From NCBI RefSeq assembly GCF_018977255.1, contig NW_024704752.1, positions 9,858,001-9,922,000 on the forward strand: DNA of 64,000 bases, given 5' to 3'. This document shows positions 35,601 to 48,200 of the stretch, piece after piece. The notes under the pieces are model-generated. The model worked only from the letters and a program-made list of their open reading frames with translations, was not told where the DNA came from and did no database searches. The translations under genes were made by a program, and so were the position numbers. The stretch's first letter is position 1; the number at the start of each line of letters is the position of its first letter. The stretch comes from Callorhinchus milii. Its lineage: Eukaryota.

Positions 35601-37920
35601 TATCGCATCGATGACTTCTTTATTGCTACTGTGGTACAGTGCAAAACATTGATAACGTTTCCTAATGTCTTTACTTTTCCTTTATCTCTTGGAATCGACG
35701 TTGGATTTCCTGATGGTTTTGCCAAGTGGCTGTAAGTAAAGCTCACTTCCTGAACCTTTGCAACATTAAAGCAACGTTAGAAATACCAGGTGAAAACGAA
35801 GCAGCAAAGTAAGTTACTTTTGCGCTGAAGACACTGTACAATACTGAAACAAAACGCAATATAGATCCCAGATTGAAGAAGACCAAGAAAAAAAATCATA
35901 ATATCATGCATATCTGAGACACTTATTGAAATAAATTGTTGTCTTGGAATCATTGTGAAATCGAACAATCTCTGGGGAAAACCGTTGGGTGTAAAATTAC
36001 AATGTATTACGTAGACTTTATAACAAAAAGAAGCCATTCGGCCAACTCGTTTACACTCCACATGTACCTCCAACCCCTCGTAATTTCCTTTCACATAACT
36101 TTCCAGGTCATTTTGTTTAAAATATATCACAGGTTATCATTCTAAAATATGCAAAACAGGCTGATAGATTTGCAAAACGTTGCTTAAGACCGAAAGCATT
36201 AAGGATTAATAATATTATTAGTTATCTTTATTGCATGCAAATATGCACATTATTATGTAATGAAAGTAAATCGCGGATTCCAACGGTGTGCAACTGAATG
36301 GAAGTGGATAATAAAATACGTCGCATATTACGTTTCTATTCGTGTCTCCAGCAAAATGAAATCTTATGGCATGAAATTGCTTACCAAAGGAATCCGAAAA
36401 CCACGGATTAAGGTCGCAATTGCTGACATCGAAGAACTCGAGTCACCAATAATTGCAGAAACTGCGGGCGCTCTTTTGCAGGTGACAGCTGAAGATGTTT
36501 TTTCCAATCGATTTAAAAATTCGAAGGTTGTTTTTATGGACATGGCAACCATTCCGCAAGAGTCAGAAATCCAGTAGCCCAGAGTAATGTTGGGAAGCAG
36601 CGTCGGGTCTTTGTTTATTTCTTCAATTGCAAAGATTATCGCCATCGCAAAGCGAAACAGTCTGAATAGAAACCTGCAGGAATGACAATATTAAATTACA
36701 ATATTTTCGCAACATTGAAAGCGGCATCGGTATGATCATTTTGGAATAATTCCTCTGATAAGCAATGGATAGAATTCCCCTTCCTGCAGTTAGGCATAAG
36801 TGCATAAGGATTAAAGGACGGAAATAACATTTATTTTTAGAGCAAGACGATTTGATGTATTTGATGTGTCTTTGGGTGCATTGCTTACGGCTATAAACAA
36901 TAAAATCATAGCTTGCGTTGATATTGTTAACNTTTTTTTTAGGTTACAGTGTAACCCGATCTGACGAAATTCAAATCGACACAGCAAAATATTTTTAAAT
37001 GGCAACTGACCAACACTCTACCTGGGCAGGTCCAGCTTTATAATGTGCTTTGCTTTGGGACTTCCTGATGGCTTGAAAGACCTCCGAAGGTGTGAAATAA
37101 GTGCATTGTTTTGCAATGGTAGTGGCACATGTAAATCTCAAAATTCACAATTTCTGTGAAATTCCCTACATCTATAGCAGACCGGATTCGCCCATTAGGG
37201 ATGCATTTACCTTCCGCTGATCGACACGCGAGAAAAATCGAAATAAAGCTTAAATATCTCGGGCACATGAGCAGTTTCGGATCCAATCTGTTTTTCTTAT
37301 AAAACAAAAGCAAACGCACCAATATATTATGTCATATTAACTTAATTGCAAATTTACTTGTAGGGAACACGGATACTACTTACTCACATTCCTTTCAGCC
37401 CTGTTCCATCTCGTGACAATCCGAATATAATATAATATAATAATATAATATAATGTGCAGGGAGATCGCTAAAATATCACCCAAATCAGATAATTCGGGA
37501 CTGCGGTAGAGTTCGCAAGTTCAAAAGAAAACCTTCCATCCAAACAACTATACTTTCCTTTTAGAGATTGGAAGCACAGATCAGGCTACAATGAGGTAAG
37601 TTATCTAAAAGCGTGTGAGCAGTTTGGTTAATTCATGACGTTATTCCGCAAGGATCTATCTGTTTTTTTTAGAATCAGATAAGACAAATGGGCAGTTTCA
37701 CTCACTTTGTACATGTTACTGCTTTTGGTTGGGATTTAAAATCCATATCCCGATCCTCAACGTCGACATGAATACTGAAAACTCCTCCGAGAACGATGTC
37801 GCCGTCTTTAGTTAAACTAAGTGGATCAAACATCCCCCAACGTTTACAGGTTGTCTCTTCAGTCAGCCACACAGGAACAAGAACAGAAATCAATAGCACA
37901 CAGAGCATAGGGAAACACAT
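32629..37920 (-). CDS. G5: intact V2R/OlfC class C GPCR, 862 aa
   Basis: Exons 37706-37920, 36385-36673 (289 bp, one codon deleted), 34657-35475, 33897-34124, 33643-33766, 32629-33542. Confidence 0.95.
37424..37454 (+). repeat. (AATAT)n microsatellite
   Basis: About six tandem AATAT units. Confidence 0.85.
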
Positions 37921-38489
37921 CGTTTATAAATGTGCCCATCAGTGTCCAGAACTACAGCCAATCGCTGTTATATACTTGAGACACTGTTATATTCCACTGA
38001 CAGCTGTGTACATTAGCTTTAAATAGATGTATTACTCCAGGTGCTCTCAACAAATTAAGGACAATTCTCAGAAGGAATCACATAATTACTTTAATTTTCC
38101 CCCAGATAATGAAACCAACTGAGAAGAGAACAAAATTTAATTGCAGACTCATCTGAGCATAAGGTACAAACTTATTCCTTTTTCATTCATTTTCTACAGC
38201 ATCGATTAATGTCCTTAAGGTGTAGGTTTAATGTAACACATGTGTGCAGTTTTGTAAACATTTTTGGGTCACAGAGTTTTATATCAAGTTTCACCAAGAC
38301 TCTTTATTGTCAGTTAACAATCAAGCAAACTATCTTGAATTCAATACAAGAAATTATTCACAAGTTTGATAACATTATTGATACACAATCAATCAGAATA
38401 TCACAATACTTCCACGAGATTAACAAAATCAACATCTAACTAACACGTAATGTTTTGAACAAAATTTTATTTTATTCAGAAAAAAATGT

Positions 38490-41400
38490 TCACTGTTTCT
38501 TGGAAGTTATTTTACCCATCATGTGCTTCTTCGTATTTTCTTCTTTTTTCAGCAGGATAATAAAACATTTTGGTGCAAAAATACAGACAAGTAGCCCAAA
38601 GCTTGAGGCCAAAATAGCAAATATTTCTACAGCCACAGTATATTTTCCAGGAGAGCTTACATAAGCTGGAATGAAAGTGATCCAAACAGCACAGAAGATA
38701 AGCATGCTGAAAGTGATGTGCTTCGCTTCATTGAAGTTGTCTGGAAGTCGGCGAGCGAGAAAAGCAACTCCAAAGCATACACAAGACAACAGTCCAATGT
38801 AACCAAGTACACAGTAAAAGGCTACGGCAGATCCCAGATGACATTCAAACACGATTCTCTCCCTAAAATATTCACTATTTTTCAGTGGATAAGGTGGTGC
38901 CAAACATAGCCAGACAGTACATATTAAGCATTGTATCAGGGTAAGGATGAGAACACTCAGGCGTTGTTGTGTAGGTCCAAACCACTTCATCATGTTATTA
39001 CTGGGAAGTGTTGCATTAAATGCCATCACCACAACGATTGTTTTTCCCAAAACACAGGAAATACAAAGAACAAAAGTGACAGCAAAGGCTGTGTGACATA
39101 ACCTACAGGACCAGACTGAAGGCTCTCCAATGAATGTAACTGAGCACAGAAAACACAAAGCTAATGCGAAAAGAAGCAGAAAACTTAACTCTGAGTTATT
39201 AGCTTTAACAATAGGAGTGTCTCTGTGAACATAGAAAGCTGCAAATACACCGAAAGTGATGGAAACCCCAAGCAATGCCAGTGTCACTAGAGCAATCCCC
39301 AATGTCTCCTCGAAGGAGAGGAATTCAATTTCCTTCAGTATGCAATGATCCCGTTTATCATTGGTCCGGTATTCCAAAGGACATTTTAGGCACAAAGTTG
39401 AATCTGAAAGAAAATAATTTGTGATTGAACGAACCTGAATGGAAATCCATTCAATTAATGTTTGAGAATATAGGAAAGAAATCACCCGAATTCAAATCCA
39501 TTTAATTCCTCCCCTGCCCTCCACCCTTCCCGATCCCGACCCCCAGCTCGGGTCCGAAACACTGATTGTCCAGCGCCTTCGGGACATCCTCCCGACGTGA
39601 AGGGCGCTGTAGAAATGCAATTTTGCTCTTGTTGTTGTTGCTGTTTTATAAATGTTTGAGAATATAAGAAAGAATTGATAGCTGAGTTTGTTCTTACCAG
39701 TGATGTTACTAATTTCACCTTCAGCACATTCTATACAATCAAAGCAACACTTTGGTTGCCCTCTTCTTGCTGCTTTCCTTGTTCCAGGGAGACAACTGTC
39801 AGAGCAAACCGCCCGTGGAACCTGGATATAGGGAAATGCAGATATTAGATGTTCATATTAACCGACTGATCTTTTGTTGAAGGTGTGTTAATCTTCAGTT
39901 AATTATTTATCCCGAGATTCACGTTGATTTGTAAGAACGGTTCGTCATAGTCGAGCAACACCTTTCACATTGAGACACACATTCGCAGCAAAAGACTTAC
40001 CCTAATCTGACCTCCACTCCATACAACTGCCTCTTCCCTTATCTTAAATTCTTCCCCTGGAGGAGCAGATCCATCAAAGTGCCCGACAGTGATAATATCA
40101 GTGCCTCCGAAGTCATTTTGTTGCCAATTTATAATGTCGTACGTTGCCACTGGATCCCCATTTTCATCGAAATGAACATTTTCACCAATCTTTGTGTTGA
40201 AATTTACTGTCTTCATGTAATGCAAAATCTATATTGGAAAATAACAAGACATGATGAAATAACCTTTTACTTAACCAAAATACAATTATAATTGTGCAAG
40301 ACAAAGCGTTACAAGGCAACAGGTTGCAGGTTCCAATCTCATTCAGTGTCGAGGAGGAGAGATTGTTACAAATTGGCTTTAATGCCACTGAACCAAGGAA
40401 GGGAAAATCAGTGACTATTCCTTGTCCAACTCAATCACATTTCCCCCCATGTGACCAGAAGGTCTGACGATGCAGAGTAAGAATTGGAGGACATTGGAGG
40501 ACGGTAATGCCCTTCAAATTGAATCGTGTGAAAACACTCACTCTCTAAGGCCACATTCACAATAAATGAGGTCTGTCATGATATGGGTATCCAACCAACA
40601 GCAAAATGGTAAATGGTAAAATAGCAAAACAAAATCACAAACAGTCATATCTAAATAATATATCTTGGAACGACAGATCTATGACTAAAGCTTTCCATTT
40701 ACATAGCACCCAACATAAATGAAACTTAAAGACTATTGAAAAGTTTAACGTTTACACGACAAATCATACGAAGAATGTCTTACTTGCCATGGTTGAAAGT
40801 TTGAAATATTTGCACAACTCGTATTGGAAAATTGACCTTTCCCACTTTTGCATGACAGCATATCATGAAGAGCATGAGCTATAGCGTAGATTGCTGTATA
40901 GACCTTGTAGGTAACTCTATACTGAAACACCTCTGTATATGAGTTATTTACAGTGCGTAAATTCTCTCGTCCTGTGCATTCTTTCAATCCGTGTACTTTG
41001 TGCTCCTCGTTTCCTAGAGTACAGTTGAAGGTCATTTCCCAAAACTCTTTTATTAAGCGGTTTCCTGGATATGCAGAAGGATGAACTCGCAGTAAAAACT
41101 CTCTCAACCCTGGAACATGTACTTTGGGAATCGCAATTCCAATTGTGCCAGAAAGGAATCGTCTGCTTTCTTCTGGGGACAGATGTGTTGTGGTGACCCA
41201 CGCCTCACTTCCTATCCATTGAATACCTGTCACATTTTGTCGCACAATTTCTTTTAGTAGAGCAGTCATATGAGGGTGAGCAAGAAATGCTACCACAACC
41301 TTTGTAGAAGATTTCTCAATAATATCTACGGTTTTAAGCAATTGTTTTCTCGAATACGGTACAGAGAAAGACTCAGAGAAGGCAATACAAACACCGAGTT

Positions 41401-43187
41401 GTTGCACAGCTTCTGTGAACGCTTGAATTCCAAAGTTACCATAGTCATCGTCACTTCTAATGGTCCCGATCCACGTCCAACCAAAGTGTTTCACCAACTG
41501 AGCCAAGGCTCTGACCTGAAAGTAGTCACTTGGTATTGTTCTAAAAAATGATGGATATAAGTTCCGGTTACTCAGACATTCACATGTAGCAAAGTAACTT
41601 ACCTACGGAAATAAAATGAGAAAGAATTATCATTTTTAATGGCAAAACTGTTATCAGTATCACCCAAAGCCCAGCAACTATTATTGATTGAACAATCGTG
41701 CATTTTTCTAATGTTGATGCAATTTTCTCTTGCTTTTCCTCTCGCCAATATAATTCACTTCCAGAGCTTGACAACCTCAAAGTAATGTTGGAAATATCAG
41801 CTCTAAGTGAAACAGTGTGATTCTGAAATTGCTGAATAATACAACATGGATGCCAGAGGGAAGAATAAAAAAATTGTGATAGTCTCCATATCTGAGAAAC
41901 TCGTTGAAATAAATTGTTATTTTTGGACAGTTTGTGAAATCACACTCAAATACAACGATCAATGGGGAAAATTATTGTGTGTAAAATTACATTGTCTTCC
42001 AAAGCCTTTGTTACATAGAAGACAGTTATCGGGCCAACGCATTCATGACAGTGTTTATACTCCACATGAACCTCCCAACTGCTGTAACTCCCTTTCTCCC
42101 ATAACCTTCAATGTCCTTTCCTTTAAAATATATGATATATTGTCGTTCTGAAATTGCAAAATCGGACAGTAATTTTTTTTAAAAAGAATGCTTCACACCT
42201 GAAGCAATAAAGATTAATGGCATTTTGAATTAATTAATCTACCTTTATTGCATATTGCAGATTATTGAATAAAATAATAATTATTTAATAAAAGAATAAT
42301 TCTGTCATTTGACATAGGGCCTTATCACGTCGTTTAGACATTTCAGAGCGCTTCACAGAATATACTGTAAAGTGAATTGACTATGTATTTTGTGGGCGAA
42401 ACGCGACAACCAATTGCGCACAGCAGTGTCTCAGAAACAGTAGTAGATTGATTGACCAAATTATTATTTTTTTTTTAAGGGACTCATCCACCAATCGACT
42501 AACAATTGGATTTTAACTTACTGCTTGGTAACCAGACATGTGTGGAGTAAGGAAAGTTGCCTAAGTTGCTGGGAATGGAACCAGGGTCCTCTCACTTGCG
42601 AGGCGAGTGCTCAAACCAATACTCTACAGGACGCCACTAAACGAAAAGAAAATCGCGGATTCCAACGGTGTCCAACTACATGGAAGTGGACAATAAAGTA
42701 TGTTGAATAACACTTTTCTATTACTGTGCTCCCCAAAATTATGATCTTTATCCATGAAAGAACTTACCAGAGGAATCCTAAAAGGACTGATTAAGGTCGC
42801 TATTGCTGCGGACAGTGAAGAACTGGTGTCACCAACAATAGCGGAAACCACGGGGGCTCTTTTGCAGGTGAAATCTGATGATGTTTCTTCGAGTCCGTTT
42901 AAAAAATCGAAGGTTCTTTTTATTGACACGGCAGGTGTTAAACAAGAGTCGGAAATCCAGTAGCCCAAAGTAATGTTGGGAAGCAGTGTCGAATCTTTGT
43001 TTATTTCTTCTATAGCAAAGATCATCGCCATTGCTAAACGAAACAGGCTGAATCGAAACCTGTAACAATCACAATATTAAATACACTATCTGTCGAATTT
43101 TCACAGCAGTGAAAGTAACATTGGTATTATCTTTCTGGAAAAGAATAAAACAACAGCTGGATTTCCCCTTCCTGCAGTTAAAACATC

Positions 43188-43225
<38 letters not shown>

Positions 43226-44693
43226 CATTGCATTTGATATAGCGCTTTTCACGTCGGAGACGTCCAAAGCGCTTCACAGAACACACTGTAAAGTGAATTG
43301 ACTGTATATTTGGGCGAACGCGGCAGCCAATTGCGCACAGCAATGTCCCACAAACAGTCGTAGATTAAAAATGACTAATTTTATTATTGTTTTTGGTTTT
43401 TGGAGGGATAATTATTAGGCTCTGTGTGGAGTAAGAAAACTTGCCCAAGGTTTCGCCCTCTGCCTGGAATTGAACTCAGGTCTCTCACTTGCAAAGCGAG
43501 TGCTCTAACCACTGAGCTACAGGACTCCACTTAGTAAAGAAGGTTGAAGGAAAGAATCCACATTTAGAGCAAGATGGCACACCTTCCTGTATTTCTTAGA
43601 AATATAAGCAATAAAACCATAACTCGCTTAAATATTGTTAACTCATTTTAGTCGGTTAGAGTGTAATCTAACTTGGCAAATTTCAGTTCGTCATAGATTT
43701 TTGAATGCTGATCAATCAATACGCTAACTGGACCAGTCCATCTTTATACCTGCTTTACTTTGGGACGTTTTCCCACCTTTAAAGACATCCACAGACGTGA
43801 AATGGGTGTAATTTGTATTGTGATCGAATTGTTCCTGGACCAGTCTAATGGGGCGTTAGTGTGTAGGACCTCTTAGGGCTTTTTGTGCATATCACTGAGG
43901 ATATATGTCGAATATTGCCGACAATTATTGCGAAATTGCCTGGATTTTTAACAGACCACTTTCGCCCATATGGAGTTTCTGTACCTTCCGGTAACCCAGA
44001 AGATAAACTCAATTTAAAAAAATCACAATGAAATTGGTGAACCCAACTTGAATATTTCAGGCACGTAAACAGTTTATAATTATCGAATCCAATCTATTTG
44101 CTGATAAAAATATAATTCATCTACTTTATGTCATAGAAATGTGATTCTACCTTTACCTCAAGGATACATGGATACAACTACTCACATTCCTTCCAGTCAT
44201 GTTTTATCTTGTAACAACTTGAACATAATGTGCAGGAAGATCACTGAAATACCACTGAAATCAGATAATTGGGTACTGCTCTACATTTCACGCCACTAAT
44301 AGGAAAGCCTTCATGCAAACTAATACACTGTTTAACAGATTCGAAGTTGTTTAAGTATATATTATCATGCTGCAACAATATTAGTTATCTGAAAGCGTGC
44401 AAATAAATTCATGACATTAATCCGAAACGATCAGCCTACAATTAAAATCAGATAAGACAAATGGGCAGTTTCACTAACTTTGTACATGTTACTGCTTTTG
44501 GTTCGGTTTTGAAATTCAAATCATGAACTTCAACATCAACATGAATACTGAAAACTCCTCCGAGAACAATGTCACCGTCTTTAGACAAACTGAGCAGATC
44601 AAACATCCCCCAACGTTTACAGGTTGTCTCTTCAGTCAGCCACACAGGAACAAGAACAGAAATCAATAGCACATAGAGCATAGGGAAACACAT
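38490..44693 (-). CDS. G6: intact V2R/OlfC class C GPCR, 863 aa
   Basis: Exons 44479-44693, 42768-43059, 40784-41602, 40001-40228, 39698-39821, 38490-39403. Confidence 0.95.
39481..39647 (+). mobile_element. L2 3'-end insertion in intron 5 of G6, flanked by a 27-bp direct duplication (copy at about 46252-46418 in G7)
   Basis: cagcgccttcgggacatcctcccgacgtgaagggcgctgtagaaatgcaa...(gtt)n; flanks 39454-39480 and 39648-39674 differ at 2 positions. Confidence 0.85.
42295..42635 (-). mobile_element. DeuSINE-like SINE (longer subfamily) in intron 2 of G6 (copy at about 49075-49412 in G7)
   Basis: tRNA head gtggcgtcctgtagagtattggtttgagcactcgcctcgcaag, core and degenerate tail. Confidence 0.85.
43188..43529 (-). 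mobile_element. Young tRNA-derived DeuSINE-like SINE in intron 1 of G6
   Basis: Full element with long (ATT)n; empty site cagttaagatatagtaaagaagg in G7 at about 49951-49975. Confidence 0.93.
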
Positions 44694-45260
44694 GGTTTAT
44701 AAATGTGCCCATCAGTGTCCAGAACTACAGCCAATCGCCCTTATATACTGTAGATACTGTTATATTCCACTGACAGCTGTGTACATTAGCTTTAAATAGA
44801 TGTATTACTCCAGGTGCTCTCAACAAATTAAGGACAATTCTCAGAAGGAAGCACATAACGTCTTTAATTTTCCTCCAGATAAGGAAACCAACTGAGAAAA
44901 GAACAAAATTTAATTATAGAGTCATCTAAGCTTAAGTACAATTTTATTCCTTTTTCATTAATCTTCTACAGCACCGATTAATTTCCTTGAGGTTTATGGT
45001 TTAATATAACAGATGTGTGCTTTTGCGTAAATATTTTTAGGTCACCGAGTTTTATATCAAGTTTCACCCCGACTTTTATTGTCCGTTAACAATTAAACAA
45101 ATTACCTTGAATTCAATACAAGAAATTATTCACAACGTTGATAATACTATTATTACACAATCAATCAGACTATCACGATACTTTAACAAGATTAACAAAA
45201 CCAACATCCAACTAACACGTAATTTTTTGAACAAAATTTTATTTCATTCAGAAAAAATGT

Positions 45261-48200
45261 TCATTGTTTCTTGGAAGTTTTTTTACCCATCATGTGCTTC
45301 TTCGTATTTTCCTCTTTTTTCAGCAGAATAATATAACATTTTGGAGCAAAAATACAGACAAGTAGCCCAAAGCTTGAGGCCAAAATTGCAAATATTTCTA
45401 CAGCCACAGTATATTTTCCAGGAGAGCTTACATAAGCTGGAATGAAAGTGATCCAAACAGCACAGAAGATAAGCATGCTGAAAGTGATGTGCTTCGCTTC
45501 ATTGAAGTTGTCTGGAAGTCGGCGAGCGAGAAAAGCAACTCCAAAGCATACACAAGACAACAGTCCAATGTAACCAAGTACACAGTAAAAGGCTACTGCA
45601 GATCCCAGATGGCATTCAAACACAATTCTCTCCCTAAAATAGTCACTATTTTTCAGTGGATAAGGTGGTGACAAACATAGCCAGACAGTACATATTAAGC
45701 ATTGTATCAGGGTAAGGATGAGAACACTCAGGCGTTGTTGTGTAGGTCCAAACCACTTCATCATGTTATTACTGGGAAGTGTTGCATTAAATGCCATCAC
45801 CACAACGATTGTTTTTCCCAAAACACAGGAAATACAAAGAACAAAAGTGACAGCAAAGGCTGTGTGACATAACCTACAGGACCAGACTGAAGGCTCTCCA
45901 ATGAATGTAACTGAGCACAGAAAACACAAAGCTAATGCGAAAAGAAGCAGAAAACTTAACTCTGAGTTATTAGCTTTAACAATAGGAGTGTCTCTGTGAA
46001 CATAGAAAGCTGCAAATACACTTATAGTGATGAAGACTCCAAGCAATGCCAGTGTCACTAGAGCAATCCCCAATGTCTCCTCGAAGGAGAGGAATTCAAT
46101 TTCCTTCAGTGTGCAATGATCCCGTTTATCATTGGTCCGGTATTCCAAAGGACATTTTAGGCACAAAGTTGAATCTGAAAGAAAATAATTTGTGATTGAA
46201 CGAACCTGAATGGAAATCCATTCAATTAATGTTTGAGAATATAGGAAAGAAATCACCCGAATTCAAATCCATTTAATTCCTCCCCTGCCCTCCACCCTTC
46301 CCGATCCCGACCCCCAGCTCGGGTCCGAAACACTGATTGTCCAGCGCCTTCGGGACATCCTCCCGACGTGAAGGGCGCTGTAGAAATGCAATTTTGCTCT
46401 TGTTGTTGTTGCTGTTTTATAAATGTTTGAGAATATAAGAAAGAATTGATAGCTGAGTTTGTTCTTACCAGTGATGTTACTAATTTCACCTTCAGCACAT
46501 TCTATACAATCAAAGCAACACTTTGGTTGCCCTCTTCTTGCTGCTTTCCTTGTTCCAGGGAGACAACTGTCAGAGCAAACCGCCCGTGGAACCTGGATAT
46601 AGGGAAATGCAGATATTAGATGTTCATATTAACCGACTGATCTTTTGTTGAAGGTGTGTTAATCTTCAGTTAATTATTTATCCCGAGATTCACGTTGATT
46701 TGTAAGAACGGTTCGTCATAGTCGAGCAACACCTTTCACATTGAGACACACATTCGCAGCAAAAGACTTACCCTAATCTGACCTCCACTCCATACAACTG
46801 CCTCTTCCCTTATCTTAAATTCTTCCCCTGGAGGAGCAGATCCATCAAAGTGCCCGACAGTGATAATATCAGTGCCTCCGAAGTCATTTTGTTGCCAATT
46901 TATAATGTCGTACGTTGCCACTGGATCCCCATTTTCATCGAAATGAACATTTTCACCAATCTTTGTGTTGAAATTTAATGTCTTCATGTAATGCAAAATC
47001 TATATTGGAAAATAACAAGACATGATGAAATAACCTTTTACTTAACCAAAATACAATTATAATTGTGCAAGACAAAGCGTTACAAGGCAACAGGTTGCAG
47101 GTTCCAATCTCATTCAGTGTCGAGGAGGAGAGATTGTTACAAATTGGCTTTAATGCCGCTGAACCAAGGAAGGGAAAATCAGTGACTATTCCTTGTCCAA
47201 CTCAATCACATTTCCCCCCATGTAACCAGAAGATCTGACGATGCAAAGAAGAATAGGTTGGAGGACGGTAATGTCTTTCAAATTGAATCGTTTGAAAACA
47301 CTCACTCTCTAAGGCCATATTTACAATAAATGAGGACTGTCATGATATGGATATCCGACCAACAGCAAAATAGTAAATGGTAAATTAGCAACAAAAACGA
47401 AAATCACAAACAGACATGTTTAAATAATATATTTGGTATAATCTTGGAAACACGGATCTATGACTAGAGCTTTCCCTTTACATAGCACCTTAACAGAAAA
47501 CAAACTTAAACACTATTGAAACGTTTACATCACAAATCATACGAAGAACGTCTTACTTGCCATGGTTGAAAGTTTGAAATATTTGCACAACTCGTATTGG
47601 AAAATTGACCTTTCCCACTTTTGCATGACAGCATATCATGAAGAGCATGAGCTATAGCGTAGATTGCTGTATAGACCTTGTAGGTAACTCTATACTGAAA
47701 CACATCTGTATATGAATTATTTACAGTGCGTAAATTCTCTCGTCCTGTGCATTCTTTCAATCCGTGTGCTTTGTGCTCCTCGTTTCCTAGAGTACAGTTG
47801 AAGGTCATTTCCCAAAACTCTTTTATTAAGCGGTTTCCTGGATATGCAGAAGGATGAACTCGCAGTAAAAACTCTCTCAACCCTGGAACATGTACTTTGG
47901 GAATCGCAATTCCAATTGTGCCAGAAAGGAATCGTCCACTTTCTTCTGGGGACAGATGTGTTGTGGTGACCCACGCCTCACTTCCTATCCATTGAATACC
48001 TGTCATATTTTGTCGCACAATTTCTTTTAGTAGAGCAGTCATATGAGGGTGAGCAAGAAATGCTACCACAACCTTTGTAGAAGATTTCTCAATAATATCT
48101 ACGGTTTTAAGCAATTGTTTTCTCGAATACGGTACAGAGAAAGACTCAGAGAAGGCAATACAAACACCGAGTTGTTGCACAGCTTCTGTGAACGCTTGAA

